The position numbers were made by a program, and so were the translations under genes. A stretch of 64,000 nt of DNA from Candidatus Xenobia bacterium. Its GTDB lineage: Bacteria; Vulcanimicrobiota; Xenobia; Xenobiales; QWHO01. The notes beneath the pieces were generated by a model, which searched no databases, was not told where the DNA came from, and saw nothing but the letters and a program-made list of their open reading frames with translations. The stretch covers positions 1 to 64,000 of the forward strand of contig BTUM01000021.1 in NCBI GenBank assembly GCA_045863235.1, given 5' to 3'. Below are positions 27,382 through 37,579 of this stretch, piece after piece (position 1 is the stretch's first letter; every line of letters begins with the position of its first letter).

Positions 27382-29053
27382 CCGCTTTACTGGCCTCGGC
27401 CATGGAGCGCACCAGGGCCCCTTCCCCCTCCTGACTGGCGGCCTCGATGGTCCTGGCCAGCACCTGATTGAGCCGTTTCTCGGTCTCAAGTTGCTTGCTC
27501 ATGACCTTCTCGTTGGCCAGGCCGACCCCCACTTCGCCAGCGGCCCCCAGAAAGAGGGGATAGAATCCAGACACCAGCGCCCCCGCTGACCAGACGGCCG
27601 CCATCGCAAGCCGCACCAGGCGGCTCACGTTCCTCTTCCCCTGGAGCTGATCGATCATCTGGTCGGAGACGTCCTTGAGCGAGTGCAGGTTGAAATGCGG
27701 TCCCTGCTCGGCGGGAATCTGCTGATGTCGGCCCATGGCAGCCGCCAGAAGCTCCATGTCCGAGCCCGGCTCGGGTCGTCCCAACTGCGATTGGATTCCT
27801 ATGAGGGCGTCGAAGCTGGTATTCTCGCCGGCAGCTCGGATCTGTCCGAAAGCGCGGAAGGGATCGATCTGGTCGATCTTGGTGGCCACTCCGACCTGCA
27901 GCAGAGCCAGATCAGCCTCAGGCAGGAACGGCTGGCCGTCCTCTCCGAGCAGCAGCTCGGGCCGCTTGTTGGCCAGGGCGACCTTGACCTGCTCGCAAGC
28001 TTCATGACCGTGCTGTTCATAGCTTTTGGAGAAGATCATCGCGTTGGCCAGGAATGCGCCGGTGGCCAGATCCTTGCGGCTCTGCTCGGTGCCCAGAGCT
28101 TCGACGGAAATGCCCCCCGTGTGCATGGCCTTGAGGTACTCGAACAGGCACTGCCGCCCGTGGACCGGGTCGACGCCTTGAGCCTGGAGTTTGTCCCTGA
28201 CCCAGTCGAGCTTGAGGGCCGACTCCAGGGCCTGGTGGTCCTCGGCGATCAGCCCTCCCTGTAAGAGGGCGCCGGCGTTACGATAGGCCAGCTCGCTGGC
28301 GACCACGTCCTGGTCGAGCAGGGTGCCGGGCCCGGTCACCAGAGAGTGAACCACCACTCCCCCCATGGCGTCGGCCACCGGGGCGATGGCCCGGTCGACC
28401 TGCGGAGCGGGTGCCTGGGAGTCGGGCGAGGCGGGCTTCCAGACCCCCTCATGCAACTCGGAGCTGGGGATCAACGCCAGGGTCGAGCCTTCCAGGTGGC
28501 TGGCCTGCGCCTCGGTAAAGCCAAGGGACACGTTGAGAATGCTCTGGCCCTCGGGGAGCCCGGCTTTACGAGCGTCTTGCAGGGCCTGCTCCAGGGTGCG
28601 CGAGGTGGCCACCTTGCCCTCGGATCCGATAAAATACTCCGTCCCCGGTGCCTCGGTCAGCCCCAGCGCCTCGGCTGTGAAGACGACCGGCACAAAGGCC
28701 TTCTCCTGGTTGTCGGCCGGGGCCGGAGAGACATCCGCGAAGCGGAGCTCGGGCACGGCCAGAGTGCTCTTGTCTGCTCCCGGCTGCCAGCGGCCCTCCT
28801 TCACCTCGTGCTCGGGCACCAGGGCCAGGGTGTAGCCACCCAGGCCGCCCACCAGGGTGGCCGGCAGACGCATGGAGATGTTGTAGTAACCGCGCGCCAG
28901 AGAAGCGGCCGGAGCGGAGAGCGGGGGAGGGGACTTGCCCAGAACGGTCTGATCGCTGGGCTCGGGGGCCGTGGCCGGGGTGGGAGTGGAAGAAGAGCGG
29001 ACAGGGGAAGTAGCGGGGAGGGAGCTGACGCCCCGGAGGTCACCGGCGTTCAT
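27362..29053 (-). CDS. Hypothetical protein, 563 aa, disordered N-terminus and C-terminal hydrophobic hairpin
   Basis: GGGAG before ATG 29053; internal repeat TLAL(V/I)P..E..EG.W.P; no Sec signal. Confidence 0.7.
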   Translation of the reverse strand: MNAGDLRGVSSLPATSPVRSSSTPTPATAPEPSDQTVLGKSPPPLSAPAASLARGYYNISMRLPATLVGGLGGYTLALVPEHEVKEGRWQPGADKSTLAVPELRFADVSPAPADNQEKAFVPVVFTAEALGLTEAPGTEYFIGSEGKVATSRTLEQALQDARKAGLPEGQSILNVSLGFTEAQASHLEGSTLALIPSSELHEGVWKPASPDSQAPAPQVDRAIAPVADAMGGVVVHSLVTGPGTLLDQDVVASELAYRNAGALLQGGLIAEDHQALESALKLDWVRDKLQAQGVDPVHGRQCLFEYLKAMHTGGISVEALGTEQSRKDLATGAFLANAMIFSKSYEQHGHEACEQVKVALANKRPELLLGEDGQPFLPEADLALLQVGVATKIDQIDPFRAFGQIRAAGENTSFDALIGIQSQLGRPEPGSDMELLAAAMGRHQQIPAEQGPHFNLHSLKDVSDQMIDQLQGKRNVSRLVRLAMAAVWSAGALVSGFYPLFLGAAGEVGVGLANEKVMSKQLETEKRLNQVLARTIEAASQEGEGALVRSMAEASKAASGPPG

Positions 29054-29116
29054 ACTCCCGGAAGTTCGGTTCAAGCCGTATAAGGACCTGCAGGGCTTGT
29101 CCCCGAACCCGCCCGG

Positions 29117-30727
29117 ATGAAGCTGGAGGTTACAGCCACCTGGGGGGATGGAGCCGCACGCTCGGAGCCGGCACTGCTCTCCGATGACGGGCAGTGGATG
29201 GCGGTCGCCCAGGGGCCCGAGATCTCGTGGAGGCTGGCCCTCACCGGCCAGGAGCTGGAGCGGCTGGAGGTCGGTCCGACCCGGGTGCTCTGCCTGGCCC
29301 TGACTGCCGACGCGAGCGTGCTTCTGGTTGGCAGCGATGAAGGTCAGGATGTCACCCTGAGACGCCTTCGGCGCGAGGCTGAGAGCTGGGTCCTGGACAG
29401 CGAGTTTGAGGCCCACAGCAGCACCAGCGCCCTGGCCGTGGCCAGGGATGGGGCGGTGTTTGCCAGTGGCGGGGGCGAGGGGCTCATCACGATGTGGAGT
29501 CGCGACGGCTCGGATCTCTGGAGCGCCGAAGGCCAGGGTGCTGTCGGAGCTCTGGCCTTCTCTCCCGATGGCAACCAGCTGGCCCTGGCTCGCCCCGGCC
29601 GGGTCGAGGTCTGGAGCCGCGAAGGGGAGCCGCTCTGGAGCGCAGCTGCTGGCTCTGAGCCCCTGGCCCTGGCCTTCAGCCCGGACGGTCAGTGGCTCTT
29701 GTCGAGCTGGCCCGAGGGCCTCTACCGGATGCGCCCCGACGAGACCCAACTGAGCCCTGGCCTTCTGTTTGGGGGCCCTGGTCTGGAGCCCCAGGCTCTG
29801 TTCAGCGGCCAGACCTGGTTCGGTCCCGGAGTCTCTACGGGCGGCGCTCTACGGCTCTGTTGCTGGCAGGGCCTGGAGCTGTGGCGAGGGGAGCACCGTT
29901 TGTGGCGCTCCATCCCTCTGGAGGAGCTGGTCGTGGGCTCGAGCCGGGTTCTGGCTTGCGGAGGCAACGAGCTGGTGGTGCGCGACCTGGAGGGCGTTGA
30001 GCTGGCTCGTCACCGTTCCAGCGGAAATCTGTCCAAGCTGGGACTGTCGCCGGGTGGACGGCTGGCTGGATGGTGCACCAGCACCGAGCTGGTGGTCCTG
30101 GAGCTGGAAGGCGGATCGGTGCTGGCTCGTTCCCCTTTGCGAAACATGGCCTTTCTGGTTGAGGACCGACTTGTGTTCGGGAAGCTGCTGGTCTATCCGC
30201 AATGGAAGCTCGAGAGCGATCTCCCGCTGACCGAATGGCTCGACCTGGTGGCTCCCAAGGTGGTTCTGGTCGGCCCCGACCAGCTTCTCCTGCCCGTGCC
30301 GGAAGGGGGATTGCGGCTCGCCAGGCTGCGAGATGGCGTCACCGAGCGGAGCTACTTTTGGACCTCGATGCTCGATCGCCATCAGGTGCGCGATCCCTGG
30401 CTGGTGGCCTGGAATCACGAGGTCATCGTGCGCTGGCGTCTGGAGACGGGAGAGGTGGTGGATGCGACCGCTTGTCCTTCGGCGGGACTGGCGGGCGTGG
30501 CCATCTCGTCTTCGGGTGAGCAAGCCCTGGCTCTGGCGGACGGTTGGGCCCGACTTTACGACCTGACCGAGCAGCGGCTCCTGAGCAGCCTCTCCCTGCT
30601 GCAAGGAGGCGATTCACCCACGGTCGTAGCGGCCCTGAACCAGGATGCGTTCCTGGTGGGCACCAGCCGGGGGCTCTTGCATCGTCTGCAGGGCGTTCCG
30701 AGCCAGGCGCGGATGAGTGGGCCCTGA
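29117..30727 (+). CDS. WD40-repeat beta-propeller protein
   Basis: ALAVARDG..FASGG, ALAFSPDG twice, GLSPGG repeats. Confidence 0.8.
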   Translation: MKLEVTATWGDGAARSEPALLSDDGQWMAVAQGPEISWRLALTGQELERLEVGPTRVLCLALTADASVLLVGSDEGQDVTLRRLRREAESWVLDSEFEAHSSTSALAVARDGAVFASGGGEGLITMWSRDGSDLWSAEGQGAVGALAFSPDGNQLALARPGRVEVWSREGEPLWSAAAGSEPLALAFSPDGQWLLSSWPEGLYRMRPDETQLSPGLLFGGPGLEPQALFSGQTWFGPGVSTGGALRLCCWQGLELWRGEHRLWRSIPLEELVVGSSRVLACGGNELVVRDLEGVELARHRSSGNLSKLGLSPGGRLAGWCTSTELVVLELEGGSVLARSPLRNMAFLVEDRLVFGKLLVYPQWKLESDLPLTEWLDLVAPKVVLVGPDQLLLPVPEGGLRLARLRDGVTERSYFWTSMLDRHQVRDPWLVAWNHEVIVRWRLETGEVVDATACPSAGLAGVAISSSGEQALALADGWARLYDLTEQRLLSSLSLLQGGDSPTVVAALNQDAFLVGTSRGLLHRLQGVPSQARMSGP

Positions 30728-30851
30728 CCTCCAGAATGTCAGGATGTCAGTGCGCGCTCACTTGAACGTTACGCGTCCAGTTTCCTGATCGAAACTGTGC
30801 GCTTTCACTGTAAAGTCCCACCCATAGACTGTGCCATGAATTCTTAACCAG

Positions 30852-33842
30852 TTAGCGCTCAAAACCGTGGCTGGGGCGCTCGGTGGCCAGCCCGGCTGCG
30901 CCCGCTCCCCGGGCGATGTCGATGATGTCCTCTTCCTCGGTCTTGCCGACCCGGATGCGGCTGCCTGAGAGCGACCACTCCAACCTCTGGCCGTCAGTCC
31001 CTGTCCGGCCATCCAGGAAGGCTTTGAAAGCTCCACCCTGCAGGTTGCGGGCCCAGAATCCGGCTGGCTCTCCGAAGAGCGTATGACCGTCGTGCTGCGG
31101 CATTCCCACCTGGTTGGCCATCTCGATCAGACTCTGGGTGCGGTCGCGGGTCTTTCCGAGCACCGCCGGGTTGTCCTGATCCGAGGCCAGATTCATGGCC
31201 AGCACCAACCGGTCGGCCTGGGTGCGATTGAGGAATTCCCCCAGTTGGGCGGAGAAACGCTGGTAGTTCCTGGCGTTCTCGGCGTCGATCAGGGGCAGGT
31301 TACTGGGGTCGAAGTTCAAGGTGGACAGGCTGACCTTCTGACCGGTGGCCGGGTCGACAGCCTCGAACTTGGCTGGCAGCACGGCCAGTGCTGTCTCATC
31401 CGTCTGGGTGGCCGAGGAAACCGGCAAGTTGTCGGTCAGTCCGCCGTCCACAAATTGAATGCGGGAGCGCTTTACGTCGTACTGCCCGGGCTCGGTCTCG
31501 ATGGCCCGGAAGACTTCCATCTGGGGAGCTGCAAAGAAAGCCGGCACCGCTGCAGAGGCGATGATGGCTCCCACCACGTCAAAGTTGGGGGTGGTGTCGC
31601 TGGACAGCACCATGCGCCCGTCGCCATCGATCAGTCTGTACAGCGGGTCGGTGGGGGGGATGTCGGTATTCAGAGCATTGGTTGTCACTTTGAGCTTGTA
31701 GGGAAGATCGCGGAAGAGCACCGGACGGCCCTCGACCCCCAGCTTCTTGGAGAGCAGGTCGTAGAAGACCATGTACATCTTCTGCTGGGAGAACAGGCCT
31801 GTGCGGTTGATCCCGCGCACCTTGGGGTCTACCCCGCCCATCATCCAGACCGCGTCCGAGTTGAACTTCTTGAAATCAAGCTTGGTGAGAATCTGGCCTA
31901 CTTCCTCAGTGGTGTAGCCGGCCGCCAGGATGCCTGCTGTCAGTGCTCCGGCCGAGGTGCCGACGAACTCGTCGATGCCGAAGCGCCCGTTGGAGTTGGA
32001 GAGCGACTCGCGCAACTGGCGCAGGCACTCGACGTAGGCGAAACCCTTGCCACCTCCACCCTCGAGTACGATCGAGACCAGTTTGCCGTTGGTGTCGGCT
32101 CCCTTGCCCAGCCATTCTACCTGGCTCGGCCCCGGCTTGAGACCGGTCACGCTTTGAGGTCGGTCCTGCCAGAAATACTCGCTGATTCCCAGGGGGTCAT
32201 CCTTGAAGTCGGCTGAAGCCGTGACCACGCCCGGGTCTACGTCCCCGTAGCGCTTGTCGGCAGTTGTGATCCACTCGAGCAGGCTCAGGTGGCGGCCCAC
32301 ATCGGCCAGCACATCCGGCGGGAGGGGTTTTGAACCTGCCCAGAGCGCCTTCAATTCGGCCAGACCAGCGGAGTTGGCCGTAATGTTGTCCAGATCGACC
32401 CCGCTGTAGTCGCTGCCAAGCGCGGTGAGCAGGCGCTGCTCCCGCTCCTCGAGCTGGGGACGGCTGGTCTGAATGGCCACCTTGACCTCGGTCAGCATGG
32501 TGCGACGCTCGGAGATGCCCAGGCCGCGCAGGGTGTGGTCCACGACCTCGCCAAAGGCGATGGCCCGGTCATACGGTCGAATGGTGGTGCGAGGGGGGGG
32601 GCCTTCCAGGGCCCTGAGAATGGGAGCCCGGGGAGGGGTCAGCTCGGCCGCCGGGGTCTTGAGGTTGAGCTGGATCCAGGTGCGTGCGGCGGTGGTCAGG
32701 ATGTGGCTCCGACCCTTGGCGCCGGTTTCGCGCAGCAGCTTGATCCAGTGGCTCTGGACCCCCGTCAGGAGATCGCGATCCATAGCGATGGCGGCGTCGG
32801 CAAACTCGGTCTTGGGGCCTTTGAGCAGGCCCTTCATCAGGTCCAGCGCCTGGTCGACCTTGGGGAAGGAGGGATAGGGGCCGATGCCCCCTTCGCTGCC
32901 CAACCAGCCAGGGGTCAGGTTCTCCTTGATCTGTTCCACCGTCTGGTGCAACTCGGGGTTCTCCCGCTTGAGCCAGGGATCGAGTGTGTTGTAATAGCTG
33001 CTCAATCGCGTGGCCAGCCAGCCATAGTACAGGTTGGCCTCGGTGTAGCCTCCCAGGTTGTTGGAGCGCTCTACCAGCGAATTCACCGTTTCGCGGGCCA
33101 GGTACTCGGAGTTGCTCATGGAGCGCACGTCATTGTCCAGGTCCACGAAGACCGGAAGCTTGCCGGACTGGGACTTGTCCACCAGGGCTTCCCAGACGAA
33201 GTGGCGGTCATCGCCGGGCTGGTACGGGTTAGGCGGAGCGGGCACCGAAAGACGCCACAAGTCCATCATCTCGCGGGCTTCTCCCACGCGCTCGTCCCCC
33301 AGGTAGACGTAGGCCGAGCGAGGACTGTTGGGGCCGCTGAAGGTATCCTCGGCCAGGCGCTTGATAAAATCCGGAGCCTGCTTGAAACCGTGGCCGTCGC
33401 GACCGGGGGACAACATCTTGTAGAGATGCTCATCCACTTGCATCATCTCTTGCAGCGATAGCCCAACCGCGTCCTCGACCGCCGGACCGCCCATTTCGAG
33501 CAGTGTTGCGGTGCTTCCGGCCCACACCTCGGGGGTGCGATAGCGCAGCCAATCGACGGCGCTGAGATCGCGCCCGCCCGGGAGCCAGCTCTCTACCCGG
33601 GAAGCCTGCCAGGCGGCCACCAGGGTAGCCAGCGAGGGGGCCACCTTCACCGTGGTGCGCCCGATGGCAGCGAGCTTTCGGCCAAATCGGCTGATCTTGT
33701 CCAGAACGCCACCACTGCTGGGCGCGGGCAGTTGACGACTTTGCATGAAAGCGTCCAGCGGCTCCACCGCGGGGGAATTGGCCGACAGCGGAGGGCGCGT
33801 CGGCCCGACGGGCAGCATGGCAGTCGTCTGCTCGATCTTCAC
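30852..33842 (-). CDS. Large patatin-like phospholipase with about 590-aa unknown N-terminal region
   Basis: Oxyanion EGGGGKG, nucleophile GTSAG, SAAVP, catalytic DGG. GTG 33842 chosen as start (6 nt after TGcCATAAT); GTG 33848 is an alternative. Confidence 0.85.
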   Translation of the reverse strand: MKIEQTTAMLPVGPTRPPLSANSPAVEPLDAFMQSRQLPAPSSGGVLDKISRFGRKLAAIGRTTVKVAPSLATLVAAWQASRVESWLPGGRDLSAVDWLRYRTPEVWAGSTATLLEMGGPAVEDAVGLSLQEMMQVDEHLYKMLSPGRDGHGFKQAPDFIKRLAEDTFSGPNSPRSAYVYLGDERVGEAREMMDLWRLSVPAPPNPYQPGDDRHFVWEALVDKSQSGKLPVFVDLDNDVRSMSNSEYLARETVNSLVERSNNLGGYTEANLYYGWLATRLSSYYNTLDPWLKRENPELHQTVEQIKENLTPGWLGSEGGIGPYPSFPKVDQALDLMKGLLKGPKTEFADAAIAMDRDLLTGVQSHWIKLLRETGAKGRSHILTTAARTWIQLNLKTPAAELTPPRAPILRALEGPPPRTTIRPYDRAIAFGEVVDHTLRGLGISERRTMLTEVKVAIQTSRPQLEEREQRLLTALGSDYSGVDLDNITANSAGLAELKALWAGSKPLPPDVLADVGRHLSLLEWITTADKRYGDVDPGVVTASADFKDDPLGISEYFWQDRPQSVTGLKPGPSQVEWLGKGADTNGKLVSIVLEGGGGKGFAYVECLRQLRESLSNSNGRFGIDEFVGTSAGALTAGILAAGYTTEEVGQILTKLDFKKFNSDAVWMMGGVDPKVRGINRTGLFSQQKMYMVFYDLLSKKLGVEGRPVLFRDLPYKLKVTTNALNTDIPPTDPLYRLIDGDGRMVLSSDTTPNFDVVGAIIASAAVPAFFAAPQMEVFRAIETEPGQYDVKRSRIQFVDGGLTDNLPVSSATQTDETALAVLPAKFEAVDPATGQKVSLSTLNFDPSNLPLIDAENARNYQRFSAQLGEFLNRTQADRLVLAMNLASDQDNPAVLGKTRDRTQSLIEMANQVGMPQHDGHTLFGEPAGFWARNLQGGAFKAFLDGRTGTDGQRLEWSLSGSRIRVGKTEEEDIIDIARGAGAAGLATERPSHGFER

Positions 33843-33964
33843 GGGCACATTATGGCAGCCGACCCCGAGCGAGTCGTTACGAATTTACTTCTTTTTGGAC
33901 AAGCATGATTTAGAAACTCTGCACTACCGAGAGCCGCTAGTGAACGGTTGGACCGGTTGGCAAA

Positions 33965-35902
33965 TCAGATTTCGACCTGAGTCCCCAGCTCGACCACCTG
34001 GTCAGGGGGAATGCGAAAAAAGGAGGTCGCGTCCTGGGCATTGCGGTTCATCGTCTCGAAAAGACGCTCCCGCCACAAGGGCATCCCGCTCCGGAGTGTC
34101 TGCCGGGGGCGCAGCGTTTCCCGTCCCAGGAAGTAGCTCGCCTGCTCCACGTTCAAGAGCTCGCCATCGATACGGGTCTGGCTCAGGGCAGCCGGAACGT
34201 CCGGGGCATCCATGTAGCCAAAGCGGAGCAGGACTCGATAAAAGCCGTGACCCAGCCCGAGGACGCGCGAGCGTTGCTCGCTCGGGACCCAGGGCTGATC
34301 CATCACCACCACGGAAACGAACAGGTTGGTCTCGTGGAGGACCTGGTTGTGGTGAAGGTTGCTGGCCAGAGCCGGGGGTGACCCGTGGCGCTGGCTGTAC
34401 ATGTAGACGGCCAGTCCACCCACCCGAGTGTAAGGGCGCGTGTCGCACTGGGCCAGCAAACGCTCCAGAGGCAGGGATCGATCGACCAGGGCTTTGGTGA
34501 CGGCCGCTTTCCCCTGCTTCCAGGTGGCCATCAAAAGGTAAGTTAGCGCTCCCACCACGATAGGAAACCAGCCACCGTGGGCGATCTTCAGCACGTTGGC
34601 GGCAAAGAAAGCCAGCTCGGCGGCGAAAAAGATACCGCATAGCAACCCGGCGCGCGGCCGACTCCATCCCCAGGCCGAGCGCAACAGGGAATAGAACAGC
34701 ATTGTGGTGATCAGCATGGTGGCCGTGACAGCCAAGCCGTAAGCGGCGGCCAGGTTACTGGAGGAGCGGAAGCCGAGAACCAGGCCGATGCAGGCCAGCA
34801 TGAGGGCCCAGTTGATGAAAGGGACGTAGATCTGGCCTTTCTCGCTGACCGAGGTGTGCTCCACCTGCATGCGCGGCAGATAGCCGAGCTGGATGGCCTG
34901 CAAAGTCAGCGAGAAGGCTCCGGTGATGAGGGCCTGGGAGGCGATCACGGTGGCCGCAGTGGCCAGGCCCACCACCGGGTAAAGGAGTTCAGGAGGAACC
35001 ATGCGATAGAAAGGATGGTCAGCGGCGGAAGGGTCGCGCATCAACAGGGCGCCCTGTCCCAGGTAGTTGATCAGCAGGGCCGGAAAGACCAGCGTGAACC
35101 AGGCCCAGCGGATGGGGGAGCGCCCGAAGTGGCCCATGTCGGCGTAGAGAGCTTCCCCGCCGGTGACCACCAGGAAGACCGAGCCCAGCGCCAGGAAAGC
35201 CGACCAGCCATTATCGAGGAAGAAGCTCAGGGCGTAGTGTGGGCTCAGGCACTTGAGCACGGCCGGCGCGCGGACGATCTGGTAAAGACCAAGCAAGGTC
35301 AGGGTCAAGAACCAGAGCAGGGTGATGGGGCCAAACACCCCGGCCACCCGGCCCGTGCCGTGCGATTGCACCAAGAACAATCCGATCAGGATGGCCAGGG
35401 TGATGGGGATGACGTAGGCATCAAAGAGCGGAGTGGCCACGCTCAGCCCCTCCACGGCGCTGAGAACGGAGATGGAGGGGGTGATCATCCCATCGCCATA
35501 CAGTAGGGCCGTGCCGAACAGTCCCAGCAGAGCGAGCCAGGGGTAGGCCTTCCAGTGGCGGGCTCGCGAACGTCCTACCAGGGCGGCCAGGGCCAGGATG
35601 CCGCCCTCGCCGTGGTGATCGGCCCGGACCACGAAGACCAGATACTTGATACAGATCACCGTGATCAAGGACCAGCAGATCAGCGAGAGCACCCCCAGCA
35701 CGTTGTCGGGGGAGACGGCCAGCCCGTGATGGGGCAGGAAGGACTCGCGCAGCGAGTAGAGCGGGCTGGTGCCGATGTCGCCGTAGACCACTCCCAGCGC
35801 CCCGAGAGCCAGCAGCCACAGCCGGCCGTGAGCTTCTTCGGCCACGATGGTCCTGGTCTGGTCCACTTCGGTTGACGAGAGGGTGCTGGGCACGACTGGC
35901 AT
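33965..35902 (-). CDS. kup: KUP/HAK/KT potassium transporter
   Basis: GVVYGDIGTSPLY, GEGG, YGDGMITPSISVLSAVEG, GGEALYADMGHF, GQIYVP. Start is ATG 35902 or TTG 35929. Confidence 0.96.
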   Translation of the reverse strand: MPVVPSTLSSTEVDQTRTIVAEEAHGRLWLLALGALGVVYGDIGTSPLYSLRESFLPHHGLAVSPDNVLGVLSLICWSLITVICIKYLVFVVRADHHGEGGILALAALVGRSRARHWKAYPWLALLGLFGTALLYGDGMITPSISVLSAVEGLSVATPLFDAYVIPITLAILIGLFLVQSHGTGRVAGVFGPITLLWFLTLTLLGLYQIVRAPAVLKCLSPHYALSFFLDNGWSAFLALGSVFLVVTGGEALYADMGHFGRSPIRWAWFTLVFPALLINYLGQGALLMRDPSAADHPFYRMVPPELLYPVVGLATAATVIASQALITGAFSLTLQAIQLGYLPRMQVEHTSVSEKGQIYVPFINWALMLACIGLVLGFRSSSNLAAAYGLAVTATMLITTMLFYSLLRSAWGWSRPRAGLLCGIFFAAELAFFAANVLKIAHGGWFPIVVGALTYLLMATWKQGKAAVTKALVDRSLPLERLLAQCDTRPYTRVGGLAVYMYSQRHGSPPALASNLHHNQVLHETNLFVSVVVMDQPWVPSEQRSRVLGLGHGFYRVLLRFGYMDAPDVPAALSQTRIDGELLNVEQASYFLGRETLRPRQTLRSGMPLWRERLFETMNRNAQDATSFFRIPPDQVVELGTQVEI

Positions 35903-35979
35903 GATTTCACTGTTGTCCGGATCGGTCAAGACCCTGCGACAGGAGGGCTGGCCAGTTGGCGCCGAATTTTAATGCATTG

Positions 35980-36294
35980 ATGAGCCCTGAAGAACTGCGG
36001 CGACGACGCGAGCGTCTCGAGCAAAAGGTGGACCGGAACTATCGCCACCTGGAAAGCGTGATTTTGTCCCAGCGAGAGCGGGTGGACCAGTCTTTCGATC
36101 AAGCCCGCCTGTCGATCATGCAGGTGGAGGCTTCCCTGCGCCAGGTTCAGGCCTCCTTCGGCCAGGTTCAGGCGGCCCTCACCGCTCAGGGCGAAGGCCT
36201 GGAGAACCACGCTGCCGAAACCAGGGACAGCATTCAGGAGCTGGTCGAGATGGTGAAATCCTTAGAGGACCGGCAGAATCCCCCGGCCGCCTGA
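35980..36294 (+). CDS. Small coiled-coil hypothetical protein
   Basis: Heptads QVEASL/QVQASF/QVQAAL; ATG 35980. Confidence 0.6.
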   Translation: MSPEELRRRRERLEQKVDRNYRHLESVILSQRERVDQSFDQARLSIMQVEASLRQVQASFGQVQAALTAQGEGLENHAAETRDSIQELVEMVKSLEDRQNPPAA

Positions 36295-36301
36295 CTCCAG
36301 C

Positions 36302-37279
36302 TTGATCCATGTTGACCGGCCCGCCCTGGTGCTCGCCCCGATGGAGGGCATCACCGACGCCCCCATGCGGGCCCTGCAAGGGTCGATCGGAGCCTTCAGC
36401 TACGCGGTGTCCGAGTTCCTGCGTGTCAGCGGCGAGGTACTTCCGGCCCGGGTCTTCCTGCGCGAGGTGCCCGAGCTTGCCAACCAGGCCCGAACTACGA
36501 CCGGGTTGCCGGTCCAGGTGCAGATCCTGGGCGGCGACCCCGAAAGGATGGCCCTCTCGGCTCGAGCTGCCTGCCAGGCGGGCGCCCGGGCCATCGACCT
36601 CAACTTCGGCTGTCCTGCTCCCACGGTCAACCGCCATGACGGCGGCGCTTCCCTGCTCAAAGAGCCGGCCCGTATCCGAGCGGTGGTGCGGGCTGTCCGG
36701 CAGGCCGTCCCCCCCGAGTTGCCGGTTTCAGCCAAGCTCCGACTGGGCTGGGAGTCGCCCGACGAGATCCACGAGCGGGCCGCCATGGCGGCCGAGGGAG
36801 GGGCCAGCTGGCTGACGATTCACGCCCGCACAAGGGTGCAGGGCTACGCTCCCCCCGTGTTCTGGAGGCCGATCGGCCAGGTCCGCTCGGCCTTGGGCCT
36901 CCCTGTCATCGCCAACGGCGACATCTGGAGACTGGATGACTTCCGCCGTTGCCGCGACGAGACCGGCTGCCAGCACTACATGCTGGGCCGCGGCGCCCTG
37001 GCCAATCCCTCGCTGTCTGACCAGATCGCCCGCGAGCTCGGGCTGTCTTATCGCGAGCGAGACTGGAACTGGTGCTCTCTCATGCAGCAGCTGGTCGAGC
37101 AGATGCGGCGGTTACTCGGACATTCCGTCCGCCTCAGCCTCAAGCGCCTCAAGCAGTGGCTCAAGCTGGCCGCGCTGCACGGCGACTTCGCTCACTTTGA
37201 CCGGGTCAAGCGCTGTGAGACCCTCGACGAGCTCTATGCGGTGCTGGCAGGCACTCCCTGCGTGGCTGCGAAACTCTGA
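36302..37279 (+). CDS. dusC: tRNA-dihydrouridine synthase, DusC-like
   Basis: LAPMEG, IDLNFGCP, SAKLRLG, TIHART, NGDIW, MLGRGA. Confidence 0.9.
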   Translation: MIHVDRPALVLAPMEGITDAPMRALQGSIGAFSYAVSEFLRVSGEVLPARVFLREVPELANQARTTTGLPVQVQILGGDPERMALSARAACQAGARAIDLNFGCPAPTVNRHDGGASLLKEPARIRAVVRAVRQAVPPELPVSAKLRLGWESPDEIHERAAMAAEGGASWLTIHARTRVQGYAPPVFWRPIGQVRSALGLPVIANGDIWRLDDFRRCRDETGCQHYMLGRGALANPSLSDQIARELGLSYRERDWNWCSLMQQLVEQMRRLLGHSVRLSLKRLKQWLKLAALHGDFAHFDRVKRCETLDELYAVLAGTPCVAAKL

Positions 37280-37282
37280 GGG

Positions 37283-37579
37283 GTGACGCTCAGCACCGAC
37301 TTCTCCGACCCCGAAAGCCGCCCTTATTTCCTCTGGTCCGAAGACCTCAATGTGGGCGACTTGAGGGCCATTCTGGCGGGCGAGCGGGGGGCTTACCTGC
37401 AGGAGGTCTACCTGGGCCGGCTTCTGCGCGAGGCCCGCGTCCACGAGGTCTGGCAGTTTGTCACGCCCGAGGATGTCGTGACCCACTGGGACAGGCTCTC
37501 CAGGCACCTGGGTCGGGCTCGTTCGTTCTGGGAGTACCTGTTGAGCGTGTGGGAGAAGCACGGGCTTGTCCGCCGGTAG
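37283..37579 (+). CDS. Putative antitoxin partner of AbiEii-like toxin
   Basis: 98 aa, 'RPYFLW' N-terminus, overlaps the nucleotidyltransferase gene. Confidence 0.65.
   Translation: MTLSTDFSDPESRPYFLWSEDLNVGDLRAILAGERGAYLQEVYLGRLLREARVHEVWQFVTPEDVVTHWDRLSRHLGRARSFWEYLLSVWEKHGLVRR

Noticed and set aside
30758..30851. AT-richer frame ending WLRIHGTVYGWDFTVKAHSFDQETGRVTFK
   Set aside because: No independent start outside the patatin gene; at best an unidentifiable remnant.
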